Positions 1 through 11,400 of a DNA stretch of 64,000 bases are shown piece by piece. A program made the position numbers and the translations under genes. Positions within the stretch are counted from its first letter, which is position 1. Every line of letters begins with the position of its first letter. The notes beneath the pieces are model-generated. The model was not told the DNA's origin, made no database searches, and saw only the letters and a program-made list of their open reading frames with translations. Origin of the DNA: an uncultured virus (IMG/VR IMGVR_UViG_3300030099_003764) (lineage: Duplodnaviria; Heunggongvirae; Uroviricota; Caudoviricetes); IMG/VR virus record IMGVR_UViG_3300030099_003764; one strand, written 5' to 3'.

Positions 1-600
1 TTCGGTTCTAAGACAACTGCACAGGAAATATGTCACTTAATCAATGAAGAATATCCTGCAAGAACGGCACAATTCACAGGGGCTACAAGGGATAAAGTAT
101 TGACTTCTTCGCCTAATGGATTAAACATCAGTGACTTCTTTTATGCAAGTACAGACCCCGATGATAGTAATAAGATAAATATTTCAAGTCTTTTAGCAGG
201 TGAAGATGGTTCCGCTTGTACTCTTACAATAGCAGATAAAGCCGGACAAGATTCAAGCACTACAATATCCGCATTTACAGATATGCAAGATATGAAGCGT
301 CTTGGTTCATTTTGGTCTATTGGTGATGAAGGTAGAATCTTCTTCCTTAGAGATTATCCTTATCATACACAAAACTCAATCATTGTAACTTATATTGCAG
401 GTAGTGGAAGAGTACCTTCTGCTATTCATAAAGCAACTACTATGTTAGTAGCGGCTGAAATAATACGGCATGACGACCAAAGCATATTAATTGCTGAAAC
501 AGGTAGTAACATAAGTACAAAGGAAAAGTATGATATATTGGTAAAAGAAGCCAATGACATATTAAAAGGCAAAGGCGATATGGTGTTCTTATTGGATTAG
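1..600 (+). CDS. Head-tail connector/head completion-like protein (5' truncated by window)
   Basis: Frame +1 is open from base 1. C-terminal 'VTYIAGSGRVPSAIHKATTMLVA' resembles the Y-x-AG..VP..I..A motif of phage head-tail adaptors; lies upstream of tail genes. Confidence 0.55.
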   Translation, partial: FGSKTTAQEICHLINEEYPARTAQFTGATRDKVLTSSPNGLNISDFFYASTDPDDSNKINISSLLAGEDGSACTLTIADKAGQDSSTTISAFTDMQDMKRLGSFWSIGDEGRIFFLRDYPYHTQNSIIVTYIAGSGRVPSAIHKATTMLVAAEIIRHDDQSILIAETGSNISTKEKYDILVKEANDILKGKGDMVFLLD

Positions 601-608
601 GTGATAAT

Positions 609-1613
609 ATGACTTGGGATTGGTATGATTTAGAAAAACAAACCGGTAGCGGTAATCTTAGACAAAGAACACCGGCTCAACAAAGGCAAGCCGATAAGAA
701 GAATAGACAATTAGCCGAAAGACAAGCCCTTGAAAGAGAATTGCAGAATATTACAGGTAATAGAAATGCAATATTTGATATTAAGGGTAGAGCCACTAAT
801 GAAAGAATAAGGGCTAAAATTGAAGAAGAAAAGAGATTGAATCGTGAAGCCCAAACTAAAGCAAGAAAGGATGCTATTCGACAAGGCAAAGATAAAGCCA
901 TTGCTGGTGCAAAGGCAGGTGCAAAGGCAGGTGCAAAGGCAGTACAAGATGCCACTACTTCCACTGCAAGAGGTATCGGTCAAGCAGGTGCAAAATATAT
1001 TGATAGAGGTTTAGGTGGAGATAAACCAAAAGCAACAATGGCACAACAACAAGCAAGATTTCAACAAATAAAAAGAAGGGCTGAAGAAGCAAAACAACCA
1101 ATTGATTACAAGGCTATTGAAGAAAGAAAAAGGCGAGCATTCAAAGATGGTCGTGACCCTAATTTATATTATAATAAAAAAGGTCAACCTGTGGCCCCTG
1201 TTGCTCAAGCGGCTAAAGACGCAGGTAAAGCCATTGCAGGTAAAACCGTTGCAGCAGGTAAAAAGGCAATTGGCGCAGGTGCTAAAGCAGTAGCCGCACC
1301 ATTCAAATCAGCAGGTAGGGTGGCTTCTCATTTATTTAGGGGAGGTAATAGAATATCATCTACTCATGCAAGTCGTCAATTTGATAGTCAAGGAAAAAGA
1401 AATCCTATTTTTAAGCCCGAAGCAAAGAGAAGAAAAGAACTTGAAGCACAAAAAAATAATCCTAAAACCGGTAAAACATCTTCTAATACAGGAGTATTAG
1501 GAAATAAACCGCCACCACCAAAACCGCCGAAACAACCTGAAAGGACACTATCTCCCAATGTTAAAGACAAATTAAAAAGAACCACTAATCCCGATTTTAT
1601 GATGGATGATTGA
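609..1613 (+). CDS. Basic low-complexity protein (AKAG repeats), possible virion-internal protein
   Basis: 334-aa ORF after GGTGAT RBS; K/R/A/Q rich; N-terminus MTWDWYDLEK resembles the M[ST]WxDxxK tag of the genes at 61-64 kb. Confidence 0.6.
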   Translation: MTWDWYDLEKQTGSGNLRQRTPAQQRQADKKNRQLAERQALERELQNITGNRNAIFDIKGRATNERIRAKIEEEKRLNREAQTKARKDAIRQGKDKAIAGAKAGAKAGAKAVQDATTSTARGIGQAGAKYIDRGLGGDKPKATMAQQQARFQQIKRRAEEAKQPIDYKAIEERKRRAFKDGRDPNLYYNKKGQPVAPVAQAAKDAGKAIAGKTVAAGKKAIGAGAKAVAAPFKSAGRVASHLFRGGNRISSTHASRQFDSQGKRNPIFKPEAKRRKELEAQKNNPKTGKTSSNTGVLGNKPPPPKPPKQPERTLSPNVKDKLKRTTNPDFMMDD

Positions 1614-1830
1614 TATGTTTGACAAAATACCTTTTGCTGAGTTTAAGAAGTATTTACAAATAGAAAAGGAAAGACAGTTAGCGTTACAAGAAGTGTCTGA
1701 AGTATTAGGTATTGATATTGGTTTTAGTGATGAAGAAGTGGTTAAAAACGCAGAAGAAGCATTTGCTAAAGCCATTAGTGAAAAAATGAATAAGGAGATT
1801 AATGAATGGATGAAGTCAGCCTTCTCATAG
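1606..1830 (+). CDS. Hypothetical protein
   Basis: 74-aa ORF overlapping both neighbours in an operon-like arrangement. Confidence 0.6.
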   Translation: MIDMFDKIPFAEFKKYLQIEKERQLALQEVSEVLGIDIGFSDEEVVKNAEEAFAKAISEKMNKEINEWMKSAFS

Positions 1831-2315
1831 ATTTAGTAAGCACTAATTGGGCGAGTTCCGCCACTACTCTACAAAGTGCAGGTACTATTACCGCAGACCA
1901 TGTTGGTACTCCTAATTTTGTTGATGTTAGAACATTAGAGAAGAATAGGGGAGTTAGATATGATTTAACTGCTAAAGATGTAATTATCTTCTTTGAGGAT
2001 TCACAGAATATAGAATATCCAACTACTACATTTGATATTAGAAGTGAAACATATACTTTCACAATGCACATACGCACGATTCACGATGAAAGAGCCGGAA
2101 CAGATGCTAATTTCGGCAAAGATAGGCTAAGGGCTTTATACTTGATTGCCCGTCATGCACTTGAACGGGGTCGAACAGGCTACACTGCATCGGATGGTTC
2201 TAATTTTAATCAAGTATTTGTTGGCTCAAGAAATGAAAGTAATGACCGTTCAAAAAGATTATTTGGATATAAAGTAAGTATTGAAGCAAAAAGATTCGCA
2301 TTAGCACTCCCTTAG
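1806..2315 (+). CDS. Putative tail terminator/completion protein
   Basis: Size (169 aa), alpha/beta pattern and position directly before the tail tube gene. Confidence 0.5.
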   Translation: MDEVSLLIDLVSTNWASSATTLQSAGTITADHVGTPNFVDVRTLEKNRGVRYDLTAKDVIIFFEDSQNIEYPTTTFDIRSETYTFTMHIRTIHDERAGTDANFGKDRLRALYLIARHALERGRTGYTASDGSNFNQVFVGSRNESNDRSKRLFGYKVSIEAKRFALALP

Positions 2316-2344
2316 TAAGTTTGTAAAGGAAAGGAGAGAGTATT

Positions 2345-3925
2345 ATGGCAGTAGAAAACAGTAACATATTTTTAGGCAGTGGCGCATCAATGACATTGGT
2401 TCCCGAAGTGGACTTCTTTTTCAAAGCGCAAGGAACAAGTACAACAGAAATCCAAATTGAAACAACTAATGCAGTTCAATTCCAATTAGTACCCGATATG
2501 TATGTCGGTTGTACTATTGATTGGTACGATGCCGGAGTTTATACTTCAAGTCATACAATTACTTCTAACGACCATGATACCTTTACTATTACACCTGCTA
2601 CTGCTAACGCAGTAGACGCTTCAGCAGATGAGTTTGTATTAAGAGCATATGGCGCACCTTGTCCGGCACCGGATTCAGATAATGACGGAACAGGTAAAAC
2701 AAGACTACATGCTGATAATTGGTTAGGCTTGCTTGAAACTGCAACATTCCCTAATATTGAAGTAGAAATGAAGCAACTAAATCTATCTCTTGGCGGTTCG
2801 AGAAACTTTACTCACCAATACAAAGGTATTGAAACTGCATCCGGTGGTAACTTAGCATTTATGTGTAATCATGTAACTTGGCTTTATTACGCATTAGGCC
2901 TATGTACTGAATTGTCTGCCGCCGGTGCAACTGCCGACCCACCCTCTTCTTATCATACAGGTACTGCGGCTGATAAATTGTATTTCCACAATAAAGATAG
3001 TAACACTTCTCATATTAATGAAGGGCCATTTATTTATCGTGTTAATTCAGTAAGTGGTGCCGACCATATTGTTCCTCCTATTCTAAATACTGTTGAAGAT
3101 ACACCAGCCGATATAGATTCGATGGTATATCCTGTTACAGATTCAAGCCTAATTACATACAAGTTTGCAGAATCTAATACTGCTCATTTGCCATCATTTG
3201 CTCTTGAATATTCACTGAGTAAATTGGCTACAAATCCTTATCAGTCTGATAATGATGCTGATGCTGAAGATTTGAACTTTGTTAGAGTAGCAAGAGGAAA
3301 TAGAGTAAATACTCTAACAATGACCGCTAATGAAAATGAAGAATTAAAAATGACATTAGACCTTAACACAAGAGCAGTTAAGGAAATACCACAGTCTTTG
3401 CCTTCACCAAGTACAGGTTATGAATCAAGAGGCGGTCAAGCAACCAATACAAGTCTATTTAATTTTACAACTGATGAAGGTCACTTGGAACCGTTCTTCT
3501 TTTCAGATGGCTCAATTAGTATATTTGGAAACACTTTCCTAAAGATTACTAACTTTACGCTAACTATCAACAATAATCTACAAGACAAGAGATTTGTTGG
3601 AGTCGGTAATAAGTCTATCAAAGATGGTATTCCAGCACAAAGAACATACGAAATCGCTATCACTGCTTTGGTAACTGATGATACATTATTCACAGAATTA
3701 CTAAATCAAAATGAGAACAACGATACTTCCCAATCTTTGACATTAACATTTAGTAAGGCTAACACCCCTACGGAAACATTTACTTTAGAGTTTGATGATT
3801 ATTTCCTATCCTCTAACACATGGACTGTTCCCGATGATAAAGGGCCGGTTACTGTTGAAGCAACATTAATGCCAAGAACATTAACTACTTGCACTACAAC
3901 AACCCATTGGGTTCTTCAAGGGTGA
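2345..3925 (+). CDS. Major tail tube protein
   Basis: 526 aa, beta-rich and T/S rich; C-terminal 'ITNFTLTINNNL...RTYEIAITALVTD' tube-like pattern; followed by a chaperone/frameshift pair and tape measure. Confidence 0.75.
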   Translation: MAVENSNIFLGSGASMTLVPEVDFFFKAQGTSTTEIQIETTNAVQFQLVPDMYVGCTIDWYDAGVYTSSHTITSNDHDTFTITPATANAVDASADEFVLRAYGAPCPAPDSDNDGTGKTRLHADNWLGLLETATFPNIEVEMKQLNLSLGGSRNFTHQYKGIETASGGNLAFMCNHVTWLYYALGLCTELSAAGATADPPSSYHTGTAADKLYFHNKDSNTSHINEGPFIYRVNSVSGADHIVPPILNTVEDTPADIDSMVYPVTDSSLITYKFAESNTAHLPSFALEYSLSKLATNPYQSDNDADAEDLNFVRVARGNRVNTLTMTANENEELKMTLDLNTRAVKEIPQSLPSPSTGYESRGGQATNTSLFNFTTDEGHLEPFFFSDGSISIFGNTFLKITNFTLTINNNLQDKRFVGVGNKSIKDGIPAQRTYEIAITALVTDDTLFTELLNQNENNDTSQSLTLTFSKANTPTETFTLEFDDYFLSSNTWTVPDDKGPVTVEATLMPRTLTTCTTTTHWVLQG

Positions 3926-3930
3926 TTAAG

Positions 3931-4050
3931 ATGGTTTCATATCACGATAAGTATATTGCTAAATTAGAAAGAATGGCGGCTAAAAAGAAACCTAAAACAG
4001 TTAAGACTGAGGTAAAGAAAGAGGAACCAAAGAAGTCTAAATTAGAATGA
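3931..4050 (+). CDS. Small lysine-rich protein (39 aa, not in ORF track)
   Basis: GGTGAT RBS then ATG; MVSYHDKYIAKLERMAAKKKPKTVKTEVKKEEPKKSKLE. Confidence 0.5.
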   Translation: MVSYHDKYIAKLERMAAKKKPKTVKTEVKKEEPKKSKLE

Positions 4051-4100
4051 TATTCCACCAACACCGTTTGTTTGTTTGTTGGTTTTGAAGGTGGATAATT

Positions 4101-4466
4101 ATGTTAGAAAAAAAAGTTGTAACAGATAAAAAAGTGCTTTTTGCATTAAGTGAATCTACGCTACATTATATCAAAGTAGCACCCGAACAAGAAGAATACC
4201 TAAAGGTATGGATAAAAGAGCCGACTTGGTTAGAAGTCGAAAAGGCTCTCAATTCAGTAATGAAAATTGACTCTCGTACTCAATCTCTCGACCTTGACCT
4301 AAACTCTATGTATAGGTATATGGTTGAAAACTTCATAGAAAAGACAGAACCTTCACTAAGTACAGTGGATATGTTGCGTCTTAGCCCATATGTGGGTAAT
4401 CAAATAAAAGAAATACTCCCTAATCCGATGAATCTGATGCAGGGGGATGAAGAAAAAAACGATTAA
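4101..4466 (+). CDS. Tail assembly chaperone (lambda gpG-like)
   Basis: Between tail tube and tape measure; ends with slippery A-AAA-AAC at 4454-4460. Confidence 0.75.
   Translation: MLEKKVVTDKKVLFALSESTLHYIKVAPEQEEYLKVWIKEPTWLEVEKALNSVMKIDSRTQSLDLDLNSMYRYMVENFIEKTEPSLSTVDMLRLSPYVGNQIKEILPNPMNLMQGDEEKND
4454..4460 (+). other. Programmed -1 ribosomal frameshift site (A AAA AAC)
   Basis: X XXY YYZ heptamer in the correct phase; the -1 frame (CGA TTA ATC GAA GAT GTG...) is open to 4669. Confidence 0.75.
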
Positions 4467-4474
4467 TCGAAGAT

Positions 4475-4669
4475 GTGTTTAAGGGCAGAAAGCAAGACCC
4501 TAAAATATCATCTTTGATTATCGTTTATATTCTTTCAAAGGCATTAGCCATAAGTCCGTTAGAAATATATAAGATGCCAGCAGAGTTAGTTTTAGACTTA
4601 TTAACAATACATTCTATCGCAGAGGATTTTCAAGCAAAGGAATTAGAAAAAATAAAGAATAAAAAGTGA
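4475..4669 (+). CDS. Tail assembly chaperone C-terminal extension (gpT-like, probably made by frameshift from 4101)
   Basis: In the -1 frame of the preceding ORF; 'LAISPLEIYKMP' resembles gpT-like motifs; abuts the tape measure gene. Confidence 0.7.
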   Translation: MFKGRKQDPKISSLIIVYILSKALAISPLEIYKMPAELVLDLLTIHSIAEDFQAKELEKIKNKK

Positions 4670-4670
4670 G

Positions 4671-6563
4671 GTGTTACACATAACCGGAATAGACGATGTA
4701 ACAATGTCACTTAATGACTTGAACACTGCTACACTAAGAAGTGCAGTTGAGTTTAGGGGTTTTACTAAAACTATTACTTCTGCCGCCGCAGGTACAGAAG
4801 GCGCAAGCAAAGCATGGACTACATTTAGTCGTTTAGTTTCCGGTACTCCATTATGGGCTTTTCAAAATAAATTAAGAGCATATCTTTCTATTTTGGCTGG
4901 TTTTGAAAATAGGTCACAGGCTAACATAAAAGCCATGAAAGAAGAGGATAAGTTATTTGTTAAGAGAGTAAAAGGTACAAAAAAAGTAATAGAAGAGTTT
5001 GAATTAATGAATCAAATTATGAATGATAGCATTAATATTACAATGTTATCAAAGGTTAGCCACGAACAGGCTTTAGAAGCACAAGTTAATTCGGGTAAAG
5101 TAACCCGAAAAAATATGGACATGGTAAAAGAAGCCATCACAGATACTAAAGAATATGCTTTAGCAATAAAAGCAGGTGCATCAGAACAGATGGCTATGGC
5201 CGCAGGTACAGTACAACTTAATAAAAGAATGAAAGAGTTTAGAATACAAGATAAAGCCATTACTAGAGCCGCTAAAGAAGCATATGCTTTCGATGAAAAA
5301 AGAGTAAAAACAAGAAAAGTTTTAGCCGGTAAAAAGGCCGAAGCAGAAGGAAAAGGCTACTTTGGTCGAAAATTTGCAGTGAGGAAAGCCGGAAAAAAAG
5401 AAAAAGCACAAATGGATAAAGAACAGACAACCATTATGAGTAAATTAGCCGGAGAAAAGGGTGATGATGCTATTAAAACAATAGGTGACGAATTGGGAAT
5501 GATGATAAAAGGTATCGGTGCGCCTTTATTCGCTATGCACAAATTGGCAAAATCAAGAAGAAAAATGCAAATTAAAATACTCAAGTTCACTAACTCTCTC
5601 AAAGGCGTACTTGATATAGCATTTAGATACTTTATGTTTGGTGTGTTTGCAGTAATAGGATTTATGGCTTTAATACCTGTATTCTTCGCAATTAAAGATA
5701 TGATTAAACCATTTGCAGGTGACATTAAACATTATGGTGGGCGGCTGATAGAGTTTGGTAAAGATATATTTGGGGTAATTAAAGCCTTTGCAGATGGGGG
5801 AATTGATGAGGGTATTAAGCAATTAGGCCCACTATTTGATACAGGACTACAATTGTTAATTGATTTCGGTCAAGGATTACTTGTAATAGGGCAAGCATTG
5901 TTATTCGGATTAATTGATATGGCAATAGAGTTTGTGTATAAGTTTTTCACTGATGAAGAGTTTAGAAAACCAATTATAGATAGATTATTACAAATTGCTA
6001 AGATAGTTTTAGCAGTGTGGTTTATTAAAACATTAGCGGCTAATGCAATACAATTAATAGGAATATATCTACTACCTGCTATGATAGGAATTGTTATTTT
6101 AGCGGTTATTTACAGGGCTTGGAAGTTTTTAGTCCAAAAGAGTGTTGAATTAGCAAGCAAACAACTTACTGCTTTTATTGAATACATTAGAAAAATAGGA
6201 GATTATATTTACGCAGTAGCAGAAGGTTCTATGAAGTTTATGAAGTTCATTAGGGATGGTTGGAATGACCTTATGGATTCGTTAGACTTTGACTTATTAC
6301 ATACAGGAGGCGTTGCTACGGGCGGTGCGACTATTGTTGGAGAAAGAGGGCCGGAATTACTAAATCTACCAAGAGGTTCAAGAGTTTATAATAATCAACA
6401 AACTAAATCAATGGTCGCTAATTCCGGTAGTCAAGTCAATACTTACATTACAATTAATGCAAGAGATACTTCTGATGCAGAGTTAAGAAGAATAGCAGAT
6501 AGAATAGGTAGTATGGTAAATAGTAAAATAAATCGTACTACTTCATCAAGAACATTGGGGTGA
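4671..6563 (+). CDS. Tape measure protein
   Basis: Helical, Ala/Lys-rich with hydrophobic segments; C-terminal 'HTGG...IVGERGPELL' motif typical of tape measure proteins; synteny. Confidence 0.85.
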   Translation: MLHITGIDDVTMSLNDLNTATLRSAVEFRGFTKTITSAAAGTEGASKAWTTFSRLVSGTPLWAFQNKLRAYLSILAGFENRSQANIKAMKEEDKLFVKRVKGTKKVIEEFELMNQIMNDSINITMLSKVSHEQALEAQVNSGKVTRKNMDMVKEAITDTKEYALAIKAGASEQMAMAAGTVQLNKRMKEFRIQDKAITRAAKEAYAFDEKRVKTRKVLAGKKAEAEGKGYFGRKFAVRKAGKKEKAQMDKEQTTIMSKLAGEKGDDAIKTIGDELGMMIKGIGAPLFAMHKLAKSRRKMQIKILKFTNSLKGVLDIAFRYFMFGVFAVIGFMALIPVFFAIKDMIKPFAGDIKHYGGRLIEFGKDIFGVIKAFADGGIDEGIKQLGPLFDTGLQLLIDFGQGLLVIGQALLFGLIDMAIEFVYKFFTDEEFRKPIIDRLLQIAKIVLAVWFIKTLAANAIQLIGIYLLPAMIGIVILAVIYRAWKFLVQKSVELASKQLTAFIEYIRKIGDYIYAVAEGSMKFMKFIRDGWNDLMDSLDFDLLHTGGVATGGATIVGERGPELLNLPRGSRVYNNQQTKSMVANSGSQVNTYITINARDTSDAELRRIADRIGSMVNSKINRTTSSRTLG

Positions 6564-6567
6564 TTAA

Positions 6568-7197
6568 ATGAGTTATGTATATTTGAAGTTTGGTAGATAC
6601 GATTCTGATTCCAATGATTTAACAATAGATACTATTCCTCTAAATGTAACTTCTGTCGGTGTGTCCGTACAGAAAACAATACCTGCATTTCCTATTCCGT
6701 TTTCGGGTGTAGTTACAGGTGAATCCTTAACTGCGGCATTAGACTTAGGTATGGCTACAAAGACAATAGATTTACAAGGATTTATTTCTGAAACTACACT
6801 GAGAAAAACAAGAACCCCTTCTTCCGGTGGAACAGAAACTAACACTGCCCTAACTTATACTGCTCACGAAATAGCACAAATGATTGCATCGGGTGTAGAT
6901 TCCACAGGATTACAAGACAATCAATCCATGAATGAGTTAGTTATTCTTTACCCATCTAAAGTAAGTAATTCCTATACTGCAAGGGCGGAAACTTTAGTGC
7001 CGTTTAATTTTGCATCAAGGGGTAATGCTGGTTTTGGAGATAACTTAGGAGTAGTGCTTAAAAAATCAACATACCCCGATGCACAAACTGATGCTGGTAT
7101 GTCCGGTTTTATTCGTAGTTTTAGTTTTAATTTTGAAGCGGAAAGCATTGACATCAGTTTCAGTATGCAATTTGAAGTAGCGAGTATAGGGCCGTGA
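6568..7197 (+). CDS. Putative distal tail/baseplate hub protein
   Basis: Immediately after the tape measure gene; beta-rich, 209 aa. Confidence 0.5.
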   Translation: MSYVYLKFGRYDSDSNDLTIDTIPLNVTSVGVSVQKTIPAFPIPFSGVVTGESLTAALDLGMATKTIDLQGFISETTLRKTRTPSSGGTETNTALTYTAHEIAQMIASGVDSTGLQDNQSMNELVILYPSKVSNSYTARAETLVPFNFASRGNAGFGDNLGVVLKKSTYPDAQTDAGMSGFIRSFSFNFEAESIDISFSMQFEVASIGP

Positions 7198-7201
7198 TAT
7201 T

Positions 7202-8431
7202 ATGTATGAGGTCTTAACAGGAAAACAACGCTCATTGGTCTTTCCAATTATGTGTAATGCTTTTGTTAAGTTAGATTATTCAGACAATATACCCGATACT
7301 AATAGTAATACAGATACTTCAGATGATGTTGCTTATGGATTATGGGCGCATGAAGGTTCTTTTTCCTTTGAAGCCATAGTAACTCCTTATGATGTGAATG
7401 GCTTTGGTACTCATCAAACAAGAGTTGGTTTTGGTGATACTAATTTAGGTGTAGGTAATACAAAAAACAATAGTAAAAAAATAATGCCAAATCATATACA
7501 AGGGCATGTTACGGCCTTTCCCGATAAATTACAAGACCAATTATATCTATCGAGAACAAATAGATTAACTCACGAAATGATGATTTTTGATAATGATAAT
7601 TTCAAAGTTTCTTTAATCAATTCAACACAACATACGCAGAATAGCCCTGCGGAATATAAAATAAAAATACAACTAACAATAGGTTCAACAACACAAACTG
7701 TAACTTCTGATGCGGTTATACTGCCAAGTATAGGTCACTCTTTTAGATATAATTCCACTAATGGGGCGAGCCTATTAGGTGGATTTAACGATAAAGGAAG
7801 AGTAATGTACGCTAAGGTTGCTGAAGTCGCTACAAGCGGCCATTCAGCCGGTAGTGCTACTATCAATGTTACATCATCTTCTCATCCTGTTTTAGAAAAT
7901 GTGCAGGAGATTTTTATTAAAGATGGGGCTAACTTTACTTCTTTAGGAACAGTCAATAATGTGACAACAGGAACACCACCAACTATCGTTTTATCAAGCG
8001 CATATTCTTCACAATTGGCTGATGCTACTGCTCTATATTTACCAACATACAAATACCCAACATATACAGAACAAATGTTTCACATAGGTTGCACTTTTAA
8101 TAATAAAACAAAAAAGACTTCAATACATCTAAATGGAACTAAAATAAAAGAAGATACTCATACTGATACAGGAGATTTTTCTTTCGCAAGGACTGATATT
8201 TATTTAGGTTCTAATGGATTAAATGATATGACAGTAAGTGGTATCAATGATGCTGTTAATTCCGGCACTGCAACAGGGAAAAGCGGTGCTACAACATGCA
8301 AGCAATTCATGGGGGAAATGCACGAAATAGCAATATCAAATAAAATTAGAGAGTTTGCTGAAGTAGACAACCTTATGCCTAATTATAACAATACTTTACT
8401 TTACTTGAGATTTGAAGAGGTGGATTTATGA
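7202..8431 (+). CDS. Tail protein with LamG/concanavalin-like domain
   Basis: 'FSFEAIVTP', 'FHIGCTFNN...IHLNG', 'IYLG', 'FMGEMHEIAI' match LamG-like motifs. Confidence 0.65.
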   Translation: MYEVLTGKQRSLVFPIMCNAFVKLDYSDNIPDTNSNTDTSDDVAYGLWAHEGSFSFEAIVTPYDVNGFGTHQTRVGFGDTNLGVGNTKNNSKKIMPNHIQGHVTAFPDKLQDQLYLSRTNRLTHEMMIFDNDNFKVSLINSTQHTQNSPAEYKIKIQLTIGSTTQTVTSDAVILPSIGHSFRYNSTNGASLLGGFNDKGRVMYAKVAEVATSGHSAGSATINVTSSSHPVLENVQEIFIKDGANFTSLGTVNNVTTGTPPTIVLSSAYSSQLADATALYLPTYKYPTYTEQMFHIGCTFNNKTKKTSIHLNGTKIKEDTHTDTGDFSFARTDIYLGSNGLNDMTVSGINDAVNSGTATGKSGATTCKQFMGEMHEIAISNKIREFAEVDNLMPNYNNTLLYLRFEEVDL

Positions 8432-11400
8432 CCCGTATTTTTGCTGAATCAAATGAAGTAGTTACTGAAGCAGTAAATACGAATAGTAACACTACACTAT
8501 CCAATGTTGCTGGTGTTTATTATATTGGTATGGGAGTTACAGGAACAGATATTCCCGATAACACATATGTTTCTGCTACCGCTTTAGGTTCAAATCAAGT
8601 AACTATTTCAAATGACGCAACAGACAGTAATCCTATTACTGCTACATTCAATAAAACCAACTACAATGTTCCTACTAATCCTAAGTTTAGAACCTTTGGT
8701 GCCTATTCTGGAAGTGAACGGTTATATACTATTATTTATGGAGATGCCACTAATACAAGTGATACCATTGCCGTACAGGGTTCGGGCAGTACGAGAGAGT
8801 ATTCTAATTTAGAAACAACAGAAGGCTTTAGAATTAAAAACTACCACCCGAATACCTTTACAGGAATAAATCTAAGTACAGTTAATTTGACTACACATAA
8901 TTATTTTGTTCTAATACATTCTGATAACCATTTACTTCACCACTTTGCTAAAGTTACCAAAATTAATACAGACGATTCTTTAGGTGATTCCTTTGAGTTC
9001 ACTCCATCTTTAGGTACTGAAATAGAAGAAGGTACTAAGTTTATGGTGTTCAAAGGGCCATCCGTAAGCAGTAATGTTTTCGCAATATCAGCAGGTATTA
9101 AGCGTGAATTGCAAGATTCATTAGTTTGTGCGGGGCCTCTGTTTTATTTCTTTGATGATGAATTGGATAAAGAAGGACAATTAGACCACAACACAAAATA
9201 CTTTCAAAGATTTATTGGAAGTACATCAGTAACTACAATATCTCCTACTATCCATAATACATTTGTTACTGCTTCGGATAACGGATTCATTATCAAAGAT
9301 TATAGTAAATATACAATGAATGTTAAAATGGTAGATAATCTAAAGGACTTGGATTACCCTGCTTATATAGAAAACTTTGCAAACAATCCTTCTGCTTTAC
9401 CGCAGGAATACGATAGTCCAGATTATACTATATTTACTACTCCAAATGTTTTTACTGATTATAATGATTGTTTTCCTAACGCAAGAAGAGATGGTGATTT
9501 AGATGTTCACCCTCTAAGCGATATATCCTACACAGGGCCAATAAGATATGTTCATTATGATTTTTCACCAACTAAAGCCAATAAAGCATACAATACCTTT
9601 GATTTGGTTTTAGAAGAATCTATTGGTAAAAGAGGGAGTTATGTAGAAGGAAAGGCAGTAGACAATAAAAGAATCCTCAAACAAAAAAACTCTGTATTTG
9701 ATAAGTTAAGGGTTAGACACAGATTACATAGAGGCAACTTCAATGATTGGTTTGCACTAAAAGCCACTGTAAAACAGAATACAACCACTGCGAATGAATA
9801 TACTTTTACTACTGAATATGATTTAAGTGAATTATTAAACGATGGAGATGAAGTTAGAATAGGTTCTCATATCTATATCATTGACAACATTGATGGTATT
9901 AACAATTCAGGAACTACGGGTAAAGAGCAAGATATAACCTTTAGAGCAGAAAGAAGAACAGAAACGGAAACTATCTTTGCTTCGGCTTCTTATACCTTAG
10001 CGGCTAACGCAGTTATTTACAGAAGGGCGTGGAATGTGAATGATTCTACACTATTAACTAACTTTGATATTTTAGAAAATAGAAATAGTAATCTATATGT
10101 TAAGTTAATTTCAGAAGAGTTTGGATTTTTAGAAGCAAGCGTTACCGATTCAGATTCAAATAAACAATTACTCACTCTACAATTCGACAGTGATACACAG
10201 GTTAATAATACAAATAGGTCAATATCTATACTTGATTATATGGATGGTTCTTATTATATAGAAGTAGAGAAGTTTTCTGGTGTTATTGAAAAACTAAAGA
10301 GTTACAAGGACAAAGATACAGGCCAATCATTTTTAGATTATTCGGGTCGTTCTGATATTAGAAAACTTCTCGGCCCTTCTATTAATAAAAATACTTTACA
10401 TTCACAAGACATTATCTATTCTACAAATAGTATGTTTAATATCGGAACTGACTTAAATAGTGGCACTATTACAAAATGCACTTTTGATGATGATGAAGTT
10501 ACATTCACAAACAGTTGTACGGGTGATTTACAAGTCGGAGATAAATTATTTTGTGTGTATGGCGGCCATTTAACCATAGCATACATAGGACAAGTCAAAA
10601 CAATAGATAATGGAACTACTGTTACATTAGAAGAAAATGCAAGAGCAGAAGTAAAAAGTCCGGCAGAAGCAGTATTTTATACAAGAGAAAAGCATTATAT
10701 GTTTAATAAAGCACTATCTCATAATAGATTTATGACTTCTTGCAGTGATTTAAGTGGTGCTTCTGGAAAAGGCCTATTTTTTGATAGCGGAGTAGTTATT
10801 AATTCTGATGGTTCTGAAGGTTCTACTTTGATTAATTCTTCTTCAGTAAATACTCCTAAATCAGTAGGCTACCATTTAGATAATATTATGAAAGTTGATT
10901 CAATTAATTTCAAAAGCATATTTTCTTCTACCCCATCAGGAAAAAATGATGGCTTCTTTCAAGCAAGATTACATAACAATGCTTCATCAAGAACATATAC
11001 AGATATAGACACAATAAATACATTGTTAGATTTCAATATTTTAGGAATCACCACAGAAGAAAAAACAAGCATAATAGAAGTAGCACCACACTTGCCACTT
11101 ACTTTAGGAAGAGTGGATATTAATTATGCTAATACTTTGAATACTATTTTCGATAGTGATTTATTAGGAACAACATCAACTGCTACCACATCAAAGACAT
11201 ATATTCGGGTATCTAATTCAGATACTACTGCTTTATCTTCTACAAGTGCTGAAAGAAAACATTACGGAAAGCCTGTTTATGCAGGTGAAGATGGTGAAGA
11301 GGTTTTCATAGGATTTTTTGTAAATGCTTTTTTGGGCAACAATAGTATAAACTCAGGAAATGGAACTGATGATATTATAATAATGTTAGATAGACCCGTA

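Noticed and set aside
905..940. GGTGCAAAGGCA tandem repeat as a regulatory or contingency locus
   Set aside because: In-frame 12-bp coding repeat (GAKA) within a low-complexity protein.
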